A stretch of DNA of 64,000 nt from an uncultured virus (IMG/VR IMGVR_UViG_3300042516_004060) (Duplodnaviria; Heunggongvirae; Uroviricota; Caudoviricetes). Location: IMG/VR virus record IMGVR_UViG_3300042516_004060; one strand, given 5' to 3'. Position 1 is the first letter of the stretch, and the number at the start of each line of letters is the position of its first letter. Shown piece by piece: positions 35,640 to 47,200 of the stretch. Below the pieces are notes generated by a model, which was not told the DNA's origin, did not search any database, and saw nothing but the letters and a program-made list of their open reading frames with translations. The position numbers and the translations under genes are program-made.

Positions 35640-36005
35640 ATGGCAATTAATTATCCAAAATTTGATCAAAAAATAAATAGCTTAATTCAAGACTCCAAAA
35701 TGCAGGAGTCAAAAACAAGACCAGGAACTATAATGGTATTTGATAAAATGTCAAATACTGCAACAATTGTTCTAGACGAAAAGTTTGGAGGTACAATTGG
35801 CGACATAATAGACCGAGTCCCTTGTCCATTCACCTATGGGCTCCAATCTGTAGCGCCTCATCCTGGAACTAGGTGTGTAGTCGCATTTAGAAACGACTCA
35901 GAAAGAGATCCGTATGTAGTGTCTATTATTGCAGACGCTTTTGACACTGCAAAAACTATAAGAAACAATTCAGTAAATACTGGAATACCAAAGTTTATGA
36001 TTTAA
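35640..36005 (+). CDS. Baseplate spike / gpV-like OB-fold protein
   Basis: RPGTIMVFD...VPCPFTYGLQSVAPHPGTRCVVAF...PYVVSII resembles the gpV/gp5 N-terminal OB fold; synteny agrees. Confidence 0.55.
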   Translation: MAINYPKFDQKINSLIQDSKMQESKTRPGTIMVFDKMSNTATIVLDEKFGGTIGDIIDRVPCPFTYGLQSVAPHPGTRCVVAFRNDSERDPYVVSIIADAFDTAKTIRNNSVNTGIPKFMI

Positions 36006-36006
36006 T

Positions 36007-36690
36007 ATGATAGAAGAACCAATAGATAGGGCTAGACAGCCCTTTAATGAAATTACAGAGTTAAAAAAAAGAAAAGAATTTTCTACAAGAGAAGTTGGGA
36101 TTAATCATCCAGACAATAAAGGCTTTATAAGAATTAATGATTCTGGAGAAATAGAAATTTTTGCAGCTCCTGGAATAGGTATTGTAATCAGCCCAAGTAC
36201 TAGGGCTATATCTTTTTTTGCAGATTCTATTAAATTTTATAGCAGGGAAGATGATGGCCTAAAGTGGAATAACTCTTCTTTTAACCCGGCCTCTGATGTG
36301 TATAATGAGCCAGCCTTGATTAAAACTAGTGACTTTTATAATAATCCAGCTTTTTATAAAGTTAGTCATTATTTAAATAATTTAGACGAACTTGATGAGA
36401 TAGAATCGGTTTCTCCCATTACTATAGGTGGTGACTCTGGTTTAGGTTTAGTTCCTGGACAAGAGGGTGATTTCTTTACTCCAGCAGTTGAGCCAGAGCT
36501 AAGTGAGTCGGATCAAGCTTTGCTAGAAAATTATATGAAAACGCATTCTGATACTGAAATTAGAATGTTAAAATATTTATTAATAAATGGATATTCTTTT
36601 TCAGAAGCTTCTAAAAAAGTTGAAAACAACGACTATCAAGTCGGAAATAATATGGAAGATTTTCCTTGGATAGAAAATGATTTGGAATAA
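36007..36690 (+). CDS. Putative baseplate protein (spike-associated)
   Basis: Beta-strand repeats (GFIRINDSGEIEIFAAPGIGIVIS); lies between the gpV-like and gp25-like genes. Confidence 0.45.
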   Translation: MIEEPIDRARQPFNEITELKKRKEFSTREVGINHPDNKGFIRINDSGEIEIFAAPGIGIVISPSTRAISFFADSIKFYSREDDGLKWNNSSFNPASDVYNEPALIKTSDFYNNPAFYKVSHYLNNLDELDEIESVSPITIGGDSGLGLVPGQEGDFFTPAVEPELSESDQALLENYMKTHSDTEIRMLKYLLINGYSFSEASKKVENNDYQVGNNMEDFPWIENDLE

Positions 36691-36692
36691 AT

Positions 36693-37067
36693 ATGTCTGA
36701 CTTTTACCTAGATCTTTCTGGTGATTTAAAAATATCTCCAAACAAAGATATCGCAATGGTTCAAAGTAGATCTCAAAATGATATACAACAGATATACCTT
36801 AGGTTAATGACCGAGCCCGGAGATTTTTATATTTATCCAAAACTAGGAACAGAGTTAAATGTGCTGTACGGAATGCCTCAAAGTCAGGCAACCGGAGAGA
36901 TGGGTAAGCGCTTAATAAGACAGGCCCTTTTGAGAGAAAATGTTTTTGCAGATAGAAAGATATCTATTACAGCAGTGCCAACGTCAAATAACTCTATAAG
37001 GTTTGATGTTCACATAGAGGATAACTCAGTGGATCCAATCACAATATCTGTAACGCAAGAAATATAA
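36693..37067 (+). CDS. Baseplate gp25/W-like protein
   Basis: QQIYLRLMTEPGDFYIYPKLGTEL fits the gp25-family pattern (LxTxxGE...PxxG); 124 aa. Confidence 0.75.
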   Translation: MSDFYLDLSGDLKISPNKDIAMVQSRSQNDIQQIYLRLMTEPGDFYIYPKLGTELNVLYGMPQSQATGEMGKRLIRQALLRENVFADRKISITAVPTSNNSIRFDVHIEDNSVDPITISVTQEI

Positions 37068-37081
37068 TATAGGAGACAAAA

Positions 37082-38251
37082 ATGCCAGTGGTGTATAGCA
37101 AAACAAAAGATCAGATACTATCAAAGATATTATCTTCACTTCAGCAAAACGCTGGCATAACAGCTACCTATCCAGGCTCAGTTGCAAGAGCTTTAGCAGA
37201 ATCAATGGCTGTTGAAATCGGAGATCTTTATGAGGCTATTAGATTCAGCGTTGAACAAACATCATTATCAACGGCATCAGGAAGATCTCTTGACCTAATT
37301 GGTGATCTATATGGGGTATTTCGCAGATCTGTTTCAGAAGACCTTCAGCAGGAAAGAGCAAGCTTTAACCTATCCTTTTATATAGATGGTCCACATTCAT
37401 CTAACATTATCATACCTAAGGATACGCTTATATATAATAATGTTACAGATTTTTCTACGGTTCAATATCAGTATAGGTTGGTAGACAGCGCAACAATCAT
37501 TGCAGGAACCACTAGAGCATTTGGTAGAGTTATTCCTAACTTTACCAGTACAGACTTCACTGCTTCAAAAAATACTTTAACTCAACATAACTACATTCCA
37601 CCAAGTGGATTAATAGTTTACTGCACAAATACAAAAGAAGTATATTCTATGGTCAACATGGAATCTGATGACATGTATAGAAAGAGAATAGTTAAGGCAA
37701 TAAAAGCTAATTCATTTGGAACGGCAGAATCTCTTAGATTAAGAGCATTGGGCGTCCAAGGAGTTAGAGACGTAAGAGTTAGAGAGTCAAGCTATGGTCT
37801 TGGTTCATGTGACATAATAGTTGTTCCAGAGTCTCAAAGAGTTACAGCTAATTTGGTCACAAGCATTTTTAACTCTTTATCAGAAGCTAAGCCTGTAGGT
37901 ATTAAGTTGAATGTAAGGATTGCCGAAAGGGCTCCAGTTCATCTTGCAGTTAGCGTGGTTCTTCCTACTGGAATTAGCACCTCTACTGCAACTGGAATTG
38001 AGAACCAAATATCTCTTTTTTTAAGATCTTACTTGAATTCTAAAACAATTGGTGATAGTATATCTAATGGAGACATTGAAGGAATAGTTAGATCAGCATC
38101 TGATTTGGTTAAATCGGTGAATGTTTTGAGCGTTTCAGTAAATGGTCAAGAAGTGCCAAAAGGTATTTTTACAATAAATGATGATAGACAGTACATGGTA
38201 GCTGGATCTGTGTCAGTATTTTCTGTTATAATGTCTTCTATAACTTATTAA
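37082..38251 (+). CDS. Baseplate J-like wedge protein
   Basis: PGSVARALAE...STASGRSLDLIGDLYGVFR...ESDDMYRKRI...ALGVQGVRDV are characteristic of baseplate J / gp47 proteins. Confidence 0.85.
   Translation: MPVVYSKTKDQILSKILSSLQQNAGITATYPGSVARALAESMAVEIGDLYEAIRFSVEQTSLSTASGRSLDLIGDLYGVFRRSVSEDLQQERASFNLSFYIDGPHSSNIIIPKDTLIYNNVTDFSTVQYQYRLVDSATIIAGTTRAFGRVIPNFTSTDFTASKNTLTQHNYIPPSGLIVYCTNTKEVYSMVNMESDDMYRKRIVKAIKANSFGTAESLRLRALGVQGVRDVRVRESSYGLGSCDIIVVPESQRVTANLVTSIFNSLSEAKPVGIKLNVRIAERAPVHLAVSVVLPTGISTSTATGIENQISLFLRSYLNSKTIGDSISNGDIEGIVRSASDLVKSVNVLSVSVNGQEVPKGIFTINDDRQYMVAGSVSVFSVIMSSITY
38224..38232 (+). promoter_or_regulatory. Extended -10 element (TGTTATAAT) inside the 3' end of the J-like gene
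   Basis: TGnTATAAT about 30 nt upstream of the phosphoesterase start. Confidence 0.4.
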
Positions 38252-38258
38252 ACAGAAA

Positions 38259-39512
38259 GTGATGTACATGAAAGAAAAGTACTTTCTTGTCACCAACAAG
38301 TCTATTGTAAAAGCAAAAAATATGACTCATGCAAAAGCATTAATTGGTGGCGACGATAGCGTTCCTGGCAGCATTATGACAGATAATGCAACCGCAAGAG
38401 AGGTTGATGAAGAGAATGCCTCTTCATATTTTTCTGTAATTTCAGAAGAAGATTCTTTTGAAGATCAATACGAAGACTACCCAGAAGTTGCTTCAGCGGC
38501 TTCATCAATACCAGCTTCTACTGTCGACTTTTTAAGATCAGAAAACAAAAGACTTGCTCGTCTAGTCGATAGATATAAGAATGTTAGAGACGAAGCAGGG
38601 CACATTGTCTATCAGGCTGCATACGATGCATTTAACGAATTTGAACTGCCAAAGATACCAAAGCCTTCATTTCCAAAGTCTTCGTCAACATCAGAAACTG
38701 CAGTAGCTGTACTGGCAGACTGGCAGATGGGCAAAGTTACTCCAGATTACAATACAGAGGTCCTAGCTAAAAGAATGGACCTCTACATGGATAAGCTGAT
38801 TGAGATTACAAACATACAAAGAACTCACCATCCAGTTAAGAACCTTCATGTTTGGATACTCGGAGATATAGTAGAAGGTGAAGAAATATTTCCAGGACAA
38901 AGCCACCTTATTGACTCTGGGATATATCGACAAGTTGGAGTTAATGGCCCAAAGATTCTTGGCAACTTCCTTAAGACCGCCCTTGAACACTTTGAGCACG
39001 TACACGTAACTGCTGTAATAGGTAATCACGGTGCCGTAGGTGGACGCATGAGAAAGCAGCACGACCCAGAAACAAACATGGACAGACTATTGTATAAGAT
39101 CTGTGAAATGATTTTTGAGTCTGAAGAAAGAATTTCTTTTAATATTCCAGATGGAAAAGGCGAAAGAAACTGGTATGCAGTTGACTATATTGGTTCTTAT
39201 GGAACATTATTAATTCATGGTGACCAAATGCCATCACCAAGCGCTACTCACGGTTACTATAAGAAGGTAATGGGATGGAAAGACGGTGCTATTCCTGAAC
39301 GTTTTGACGATGTATTCATGGGACATTATCATCAGCAGGCTAAGATGACCCTTGGAAGTACTATATTAAGAGTCTCTGGCTCTCCAGAAAGCTATAACAC
39401 ATATGCACAAGAATACTTCCATTCCATGAGTAGACCATGCCAGCATCTAATGTTTGTTCACCCTGACAATGGAGTAACTTCCGAATATTCAATATGGCTT
39501 GATTCAGTATAG
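38259..39512 (+). CDS. Calcineurin-like metallophosphoesterase with N-terminal coiled coil
   Basis: Five motifs: ADWQMG, GDIVEG, GNHG, IHGD and GHYH. The start may be ATG 38262 or 38268. Confidence 0.85.
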   Translation: MMYMKEKYFLVTNKSIVKAKNMTHAKALIGGDDSVPGSIMTDNATAREVDEENASSYFSVISEEDSFEDQYEDYPEVASAASSIPASTVDFLRSENKRLARLVDRYKNVRDEAGHIVYQAAYDAFNEFELPKIPKPSFPKSSSTSETAVAVLADWQMGKVTPDYNTEVLAKRMDLYMDKLIEITNIQRTHHPVKNLHVWILGDIVEGEEIFPGQSHLIDSGIYRQVGVNGPKILGNFLKTALEHFEHVHVTAVIGNHGAVGGRMRKQHDPETNMDRLLYKICEMIFESEERISFNIPDGKGERNWYAVDYIGSYGTLLIHGDQMPSPSATHGYYKKVMGWKDGAIPERFDDVFMGHYHQQAKMTLGSTILRVSGSPESYNTYAQEYFHSMSRPCQHLMFVHPDNGVTSEYSIWLDSV

Positions 39513-39529
39513 GAATATATATATAAAAA

Positions 39530-42500
39530 ATGAAAACCTATTTTTTAGCTTTAATTAATACAGACTTCACAGTGAGTCGGAAACAAATGGGTTTCCGACT
39601 CATTTGATCTGTATTCAAATAGGTTTTATACAAACTACTCTACTTATAGAAATATTTATGGAAATAATTTATTAGACGACTATACCTTTACGGGAAATAC
39701 AGTAATTTCGGGAGCAACTCCAAGTATAGTTGGATCATCAACAGTAACTGATTTTGGTGAAATAATTAATGATCAAGATTTTGGCGAATATTTTGTTTTT
39801 GATTTTAACGAACAAGACGGATCATATTACTTTTATGATTTACTTCAAAGCGCAACCCCTTATCGTGTATTAACTTCTGCATCTAGCTTAAACTTGCCAA
39901 GGTTTGTTGATACTAGATCAGCAATTAATATACTTGGTTTTAAGCATTCTTTTACCAACTTGCCAGGATTAGAAGATCCACAATTTTCTGTTAAAATATT
40001 TACTTCAGATAAAGACACTACTTCTGAAACAGAATGGAAACAAGTAGCTTATACGGATAGTAAAAATAATATTTTATTCCTTAGATCGTCAGAAAGGTAC
40101 GCAAAGTTCGAGCTTGATTTTGAAGTAAGTTCAGATATATCTTCTGCAAACTTTTTATTGTTGGTTCAGATTGAAATTAATGAACCATCAATTCCTAATA
40201 TATCTGAACATTCTAGAAATGTATTGTCTAGATTTCCTACTTGGACAAAAATGTATACAGACTCTTTGGAAAGAGAAGTATCAGAAACTGCAACTCCAAT
40301 TAGCCAAGCTGGAAAAATAGTAAGTTCTATTTTTCGTGATGATTTAGATGAAATTGATAGACTAGTTGATTCTATAGAGCTAGAGTCATACATATCAAGT
40401 GCTGACATTAGAGAGCTTGCTTGGATCTACATATCAACTCCTGTAGATCCAGGATTTGTTGAAGTAAGAGGTGATGGAATTCAGCTTGGCAGACTATCTT
40501 CTTATGAAGATTTAATAAAGTCATTGCCAACTGATTATTCTTTCTACTACGATTTCTTGTCAAGAAGCTTGTATACGTTAAGGCCTTTTGATGAAATAAA
40601 GACTGATCAAAAAATTGTAGATCAAATAGTTGTACAAAACTATAACTCTTTTGATGAATTTGGATTAAGAGTAGGTCTTACTAGACTTTATCTAGAATCA
40701 AATGATAATTTTAAAAAAAGAATATTAGACGTATATTTAAATCCTCCGTCGGTTAGCAAGCTTGGTTTGCAAAAAACTCTTAGACGTGAGCTGGATATAT
40801 GGAGAGCTTATGGAGCAACTCCTGATTCTAATTATGTTGGAGCAACTCCAGAAATAATTGAAATATTAAATTTACAAAAGTCAACTCCATATTTTGATCT
40901 TAGCGGAAATCCACTTCCAACTATGTTTTCTTTTGTGGAAGAATTAAACGATAGATTTGCTGTTAACGTCGGATATGCAAAGTGGAGAGAATCCTATTGG
41001 GATTATGCCGGTGCTAAACAAGAAGGTGTTTCTAGCATTCCTCAAATATCTGATGTTAATAATATAAATCAAGAGTATTATCAGACAGGTGTCGGAGATT
41101 TCGACGATGCAAAAGTTATTTTAGAAACACTTGATAGACAGACTGCAGATAAATATTTTACTTTTAACGTAAAAGGAATAAAATCTGACGAAATAGAATA
41201 TGCCAATGAACCAATTAGTATATATTATGATTCATATGTTTCATATTATGAAAAGTATTACGATCATGGTACAGCAACTCTTAATTATATTATAAATCTT
41301 AGACTTAGGCCTCATGGAAGAATGACCTCTGCTAGAACATACTCAGCTTTATTAGTTGATAAGCCAAAAAACATTTATGCCCCGAATTCAAGTTCATCTC
41401 CAGAATATATTATAAGAAATATATTTACTCCCACAAACTATTCAGATCCAACTATTAGATTTACAGATAATTCAACTCCATATTATAATATTATAAATCC
41501 ATCAGCTACACAAAGTTACGCAATAAACCAAATCCCTGCAGCCTATGTAGAGTCAGCGACTATAACCTATAGCGCTTTTGTGGATAACAATAATAGTACT
41601 GGAAATTATGGCTGGATTAGATTAGAAGGATCAACTCCAAATAATTATATTACCAGTTCTAACACTAGAGTAATTAAAAATACAGCAACACCAACATATC
41701 AAGATCTTACTTTAAAATTAGCATCTAATATATATAACGACCCTAAGAGCCGCTTAGTCGTTACAACAAAAGTTAGATCTAGCGCAGTTAACCAAAAACT
41801 AAACGAGAGTCCAATATTTGCTGAAAAAAATAATATAGTAATCAATCCTTCTGATATAAAATCTAAGTTTGTTTTGCCAGTAGCATCTACTCCAGAATAC
41901 ATTTATATTGAAAATGTTGTTGTTGACAAATATGATGTAAACCATTCTACTGCACCATACTCAAATTACGGTGGAGTTTCTCATAATAGGCAAACAGATA
42001 ATTATGAGCTTATACCATCATCGCCAAATATTATAATAAGTATTTTAAATCCAGATTTTGCAACACCACATTTGCATGACAGTTATATAGGCGTAACTGG
42101 TGGCTCTACTTATAATTACTACTTTAAATCAATTAAGTGGCCATATCAAGCTAATCCAGAAAAAATAATGATAGCTTCTGCAGATGGTGCACACTATCCT
42201 CTTGAGTATAAGGTGTGGGAAAATTTTGAATCTAGTTATAATTCAACAATCAATTATAAAATTTCAAATAATGGCGTACTTTTGTCTACTCCAAACGATG
42301 GAATTGAAGATTTAAATAATCAGCAAAACAATTTAATTGGCACTTTTGATTTCACAAGAAGCCAATTAGGTTTATCAGCCTATGAGCAAGATCCTAACCT
42401 AATTATTAAGTCAATAGAAGTAATAAATAATGACAACGAAACTATTGTTTGGCAAGAAAATTCTTATGATGAACTTGGAAATATAAATCTTAATTATTTA

Positions 42501-44222
42501 GATAATCAAGATAACAAGTATAAAATGAAGTCAATTCAATTCAACGCTAAGTATGATGTAGAAGCAGAAAGATATTTAATTCCTTCACTAAGATCTGGAT
42601 GGTATTATTATCAAAGCTCTCCAAACTATGGAGCTACACAGGGATATATCTACGCTGAGCCAAAGTCATATACTTCCAGTCTTGATTATAACTTTAGTAT
42701 TGGAGAGACCGCTAAAGCTGGATCGCCAATAGTTGTTAACGTTATTTCTAACGGATCAACGGCAGAATATTATCAGGTTTCCTTTTATGAAGAAGCAACT
42801 CCAAGCAATCTTTCTTATTATAATTTTGAATATATAATAGCAACCAATCCATATTCAATTTTCTTGGCATATAAAGATGTTTTTGATGTATCAATATACG
42901 ACACATACACTGGAGAATATGTCACAACAAATGAAAGCTCTTCAACAAATGAAATAAACTTATTTTCTATTCCAGAACAAACCCCATTTGTTATAGATAG
43001 GGAATATAAGGTAACTTATAGAGTAAGAAATGTATTTAATGTAGATAATTTTGTTTATAATAATTTAACAGAACAATATGAAACTAATATTACTCTTCTT
43101 TCAACTCCAAACAGTAACTATACTACTAGTGTTACTTATGAATCTTCTTTATATGATAAAGATTTTGAAATAAATAATGTTTATTTAAATCCAGTATACA
43201 ATCCAATTTCGGAAGGATATTTATACCTTTCTCACGATAGCTATGATGCTCAGTCAGCTGATTTATATGTGTCTCCAAAAGAAATATTGGATGATCAAAT
43301 AGATTTTTCAGTAATATCAATCCTTTCAAAAGATCAAAATGGTAATCCAAAGCCAAACCAAACCTTTGAAATATCTGGACAGAACATTTCTGCTACTCCA
43401 CAGTATGTTACAACTAATAGTGACGGTCTAGGTAAGGCAATTATACGAAACTCAGGATCTAGTATTTCAAAAACAGAATTAAGAAGTATCTATATTAATG
43501 GTGTACAAAACGGAAGTATTAATGCTGACGAGAACAGTGACTCATATGGCATATCAGCTACCGCTAACTATTACGTTAAGCCCGCTAATGTTGCACACAC
43601 GTCTTTGTATGCAGATCCAGATAAGAAAATTATTACAGCTGATGGCAAAGAAGTTTTAAATATAATTGGAGAAACCACTTCCAATTCCACAGTCTATTGG
43701 AGAAAGGCTAGAAGCGTTTATTCTGCTTTGGCAATGGGCTATTCAGCAAGTTCAGCTACTCCTGGCCAGTCTGTGAGCTCCGGCTATGTTGTGTCTGATC
43801 AATATGGAAAGTTTAAGATTGGTCCATTTATTGTTCAAAATGACGCAACTCCAGGCTATTGGTTTACAGTAGTTGATACCGAGTCTAATTCATCTATATC
43901 AACAAATCCTATTACTATATCAGGAGACATAGTTTATTGGTACGAGAAGTACGATTCAGTACAGTCAGATAATCAAGAGTCAGTTTATATACCTACGTCA
44001 AATGAGTCTTCTGAATATGAATCTTACAGAGAAGATCTTAAATTTAAAGTTGATAGTATTACTGGATCAGAATATTATGATTCCGAAGCGGCAACACCTT
44101 GGAATATGCCACGCTGGTATCCAATAGATAGGTTCACCCAATATCAATTAGGATATTTTGGCAGTACTCCAAACACTATAAATAATTTAGATAATCTTCA
44201 TAAAGATTTTGAAGAGGAATAA
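39530..44222 (+). CDS. Large baseplate wedge / tail protein, about 1563 aa, joined across a +1 shift at CGG 39578
   Basis: ATG 39530 followed by 16 codons then CGG; the +1 frame is open for 105 codons into ORF 39894. Contains FDEFGLRVGLTRLYLESNDNFKKRILD (wedge-like) and a C-terminal Ig-like segment (KDQNGNPKPNQ...TNSDGLGKA). Confidence 0.65.
39578..39581 (+). other. CGGN +1 recoding site 10 (AGT CGGA AAC)
   Basis: Offset 48 from ATG 39530; lies inside a perfect 12-bp inverted repeat. Confidence 0.75.
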
Positions 44223-44223
44223 A

Positions 44224-47200
44224 ATGAGAATATTTGAGAATAAAACAGATAACAAAAAAGAAAATGCAATTAAAAAAGGAACAGTAGTTCCAAAAGGTGC
44301 AGTAAATCTTGGATGGTATTCTTCTGACGAAATAAGTCCAGCAAATTCTCTTAGTGTTGTGGACTTTTCTCAGAATATTCCTGAAGCAACCGTTCCAGCA
44401 TCTTTGGTGGAGACAGATTCTATAATGTATGCAGATGAGTTTGGGGTATTAAGATACGCTCAGTCGGATCCATATAGGTCACAGTTAAAGCATTCTCCGA
44501 TTCTTCCTAGCGCAGAAGTTTCAATCAGTGACAAAGTTTTAGATTTATCTTCTCAAGATGGATTAAACTTTACTACATCAATAGATAATCTTTCTACAAA
44601 AATATTTGCTCATAGCTACTACGTAAGTAATCATTTTATAATACAAAATAATGACTTTCCTGTGTTTACTAAAATAATTTCATCTTTACCAGTTGAAAAT
44701 CCAGATTCTTTAAATATAAAAGTTGTGGATCAAAATGGTATCAAATATCAAAATGAAAATGGTGAAGAAAGATACAAGATTATACTAGAAAAGTACTTGC
44801 CAAACGGTGGAAATATTTTAGCAAGCACTTCTTTTTATAGAATAATAGTTCTTTTAGAAGATATTAATCCCAGTAATTTAAGTTTAGTGTATGATAAATA
44901 CGAAATAACTTCAGATAGCCTTCCAAAGAATCAATTCTTAGGATATAAAGAAACTATTAATTCTGTTAACTTATACGAACAAGTACAAGAAGAAGCAGAA
45001 GTAGTAGATTTTTCTTCTGAAGATAAAAGAGTTTATGCAGTTCAGATGTTTTCTCATAAAGAAAATAATCTATTAAAACATAAAAACGATGAGCCAGGCT
45101 GGAAAGCTTATGTTCCAAGAAAAGCTTTCCAAGACCCAAGAACTTTCCAATCTTTTAACTGGAGAGTAGTTGCAAAAATTAATTACGACTATGGACTTAT
45201 ACAGGGAAGAACTTCACCAATTGTAAGAGCAGCTGTAATTAAAAGATCATCTGAATCAAGAACGCAATATCCATATGTATTCAGTAATTTAGAGCAATTT
45301 AATATTAATAGCCAAAGACTAATAATGCAAAACCCTGCATCACCTAATGTTACAGATAAAAATTTAGCTTCTTACTGGGAAGTATCTTTATTAGATCCTA
45401 ACATACAAAATTATAACTATGATATTTTATTTTGGTGCCCAACATCTGCAATCCTACAAGAAGAGTATATAGCTATAAGAAGATTGTTATCTAACGGTAC
45501 TTCGGTATTTATAGACTGCTCAAACCTAGACATATCGTCCAGTTCTTCATCTGGATTGTCTCTTTTTGGTGTTAATTATTCTGCACAAAATAGATCGTCA
45601 GGTCTATTGAAGTTAAGTTCTTCATACTCAAACGGAAAAACAACCTTTAATGGCTGGAATATGCCAGAGTATTCACATTCAACAGGTAATGAAACATACG
45701 GTATATTTGGTATTAGAAAAAGTTTAATTAATTCTCAGTTATCTCAAATAAAATCATTTAGCAATAGTTCTGATTGGACTAATGCAGAAAGCTCCACCAT
45801 TGCGTACTTGCAAGATGGAAGTAGCTATTATTCAGTTATATTTAAAAAGAATTATATATCAGATCAGAACACCAGCTCTTCCACAACACAAATGCCCCAA
45901 GGTGTTTATTTTTGCTCAAATGCAATAGGCACATATCTAAACGATTCTTATGTTAATTCTGTGATAGGAACCTCCGTTGCTAACACAGGCGATAGAAATG
46001 GTTTAACTTTTTCATCTTCTTCAATTAACTCAATTACCGAAGGTCCGGCAAAACTTTTCTATAATATTGTTTTAGAAAGTATAAAAAACAAAAATATATC
46101 ATCAACATCTGTTCAGTCACAATCTTCTATTCTATGGAGCGTTTCTCCATGGAGAACTTCTTGGACAATTAATGGAAGAAAAATAAATAATAAAATAAAT
46201 ATATTAACAGATAAAGAAAAACAAGACTATAATTTTTCTGAAAAAACAGAAATAACAACAGACGCAAATGCGCAGGCGGCTTCAACTAAATTTTGCAGAC
46301 AGATATCTTCATCACTAGCAAATGTATTTGATTTAGATTTTGGCCAAAACTCTTCTATAAACTCTTCTATAGTTAATAGAGACTATTCAAACGTTACATT
46401 CTATATTGAATGTACAAATCCTAATGTAGAGTTTTTAAATTTTGGATCTTTAGGAAATGATCAATACTTTTATTCAAACAATAGATCTCCTTATTCAGTT
46501 TATAAACTTTCTACAGCAGCAAAAAATCAAATGCAGCTAGCAAGAACTGTAGGAATCGACGCCCACTCAAAAGTTAATTCGGCTGAAATTGATTTTTCTC
46601 TTGTTCATTATCCATACATTTTGGTAGATGAATCAGAATATACTTCACTGATAAGTGATAATAAAAAAATACCATCAAGGTATTTAGGTGATACTCAGCT
46701 TGTAAAAAATTATGATTTTTCTTTAAAAAATGAATTTTCTGTAACAAAAGTAACAGAGACAACTTCAACATACTCTGTTAGTTGGGAAGCTCCATTCTCT
46801 GTAAAAATGCAGGGAACTGGAGTAGTAAAAAATGCAATAGTTAGAAACGAAAACAGAACAGCAAGAATAGAGAGAAGTATATCTGATGTAGCAGAAAATT
46901 ATTTGACTATATCAAATGTTAATTCTCCATTTAATAAAATGAAATATTCTTCAAAAATCTTTTCAAGAACAGACATCCTTGCTATTGATCAAGACTCGAC
47001 TATTGTAACACAGAATAACTTTCATTACACAGACGACATTCCTAGATCAAAAAGAACGCTAGGATATAAAGTTAAATACCTTACCGATTCTAATGACAAC
47101 AATACTGAAACAATGACCTATAGTGCCAGTAAGTTTACTGCATTTGAAAGTTCTTTTATAGACCCAACTTCTCTTGAAGCTCTTGAGAACGGTCATGGAA

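Noticed and set aside
5103..38251. Bacterial contractile injection system (eCIS, T6SS or tailocin) rather than a phage
   Set aside because: Neck-like genes, very large tape-measure-like genes, and adjacent phage-type nrdJ and thyX with no host housekeeping genes favour a large lytic phage, although capsid and terminase genes are outside the window.
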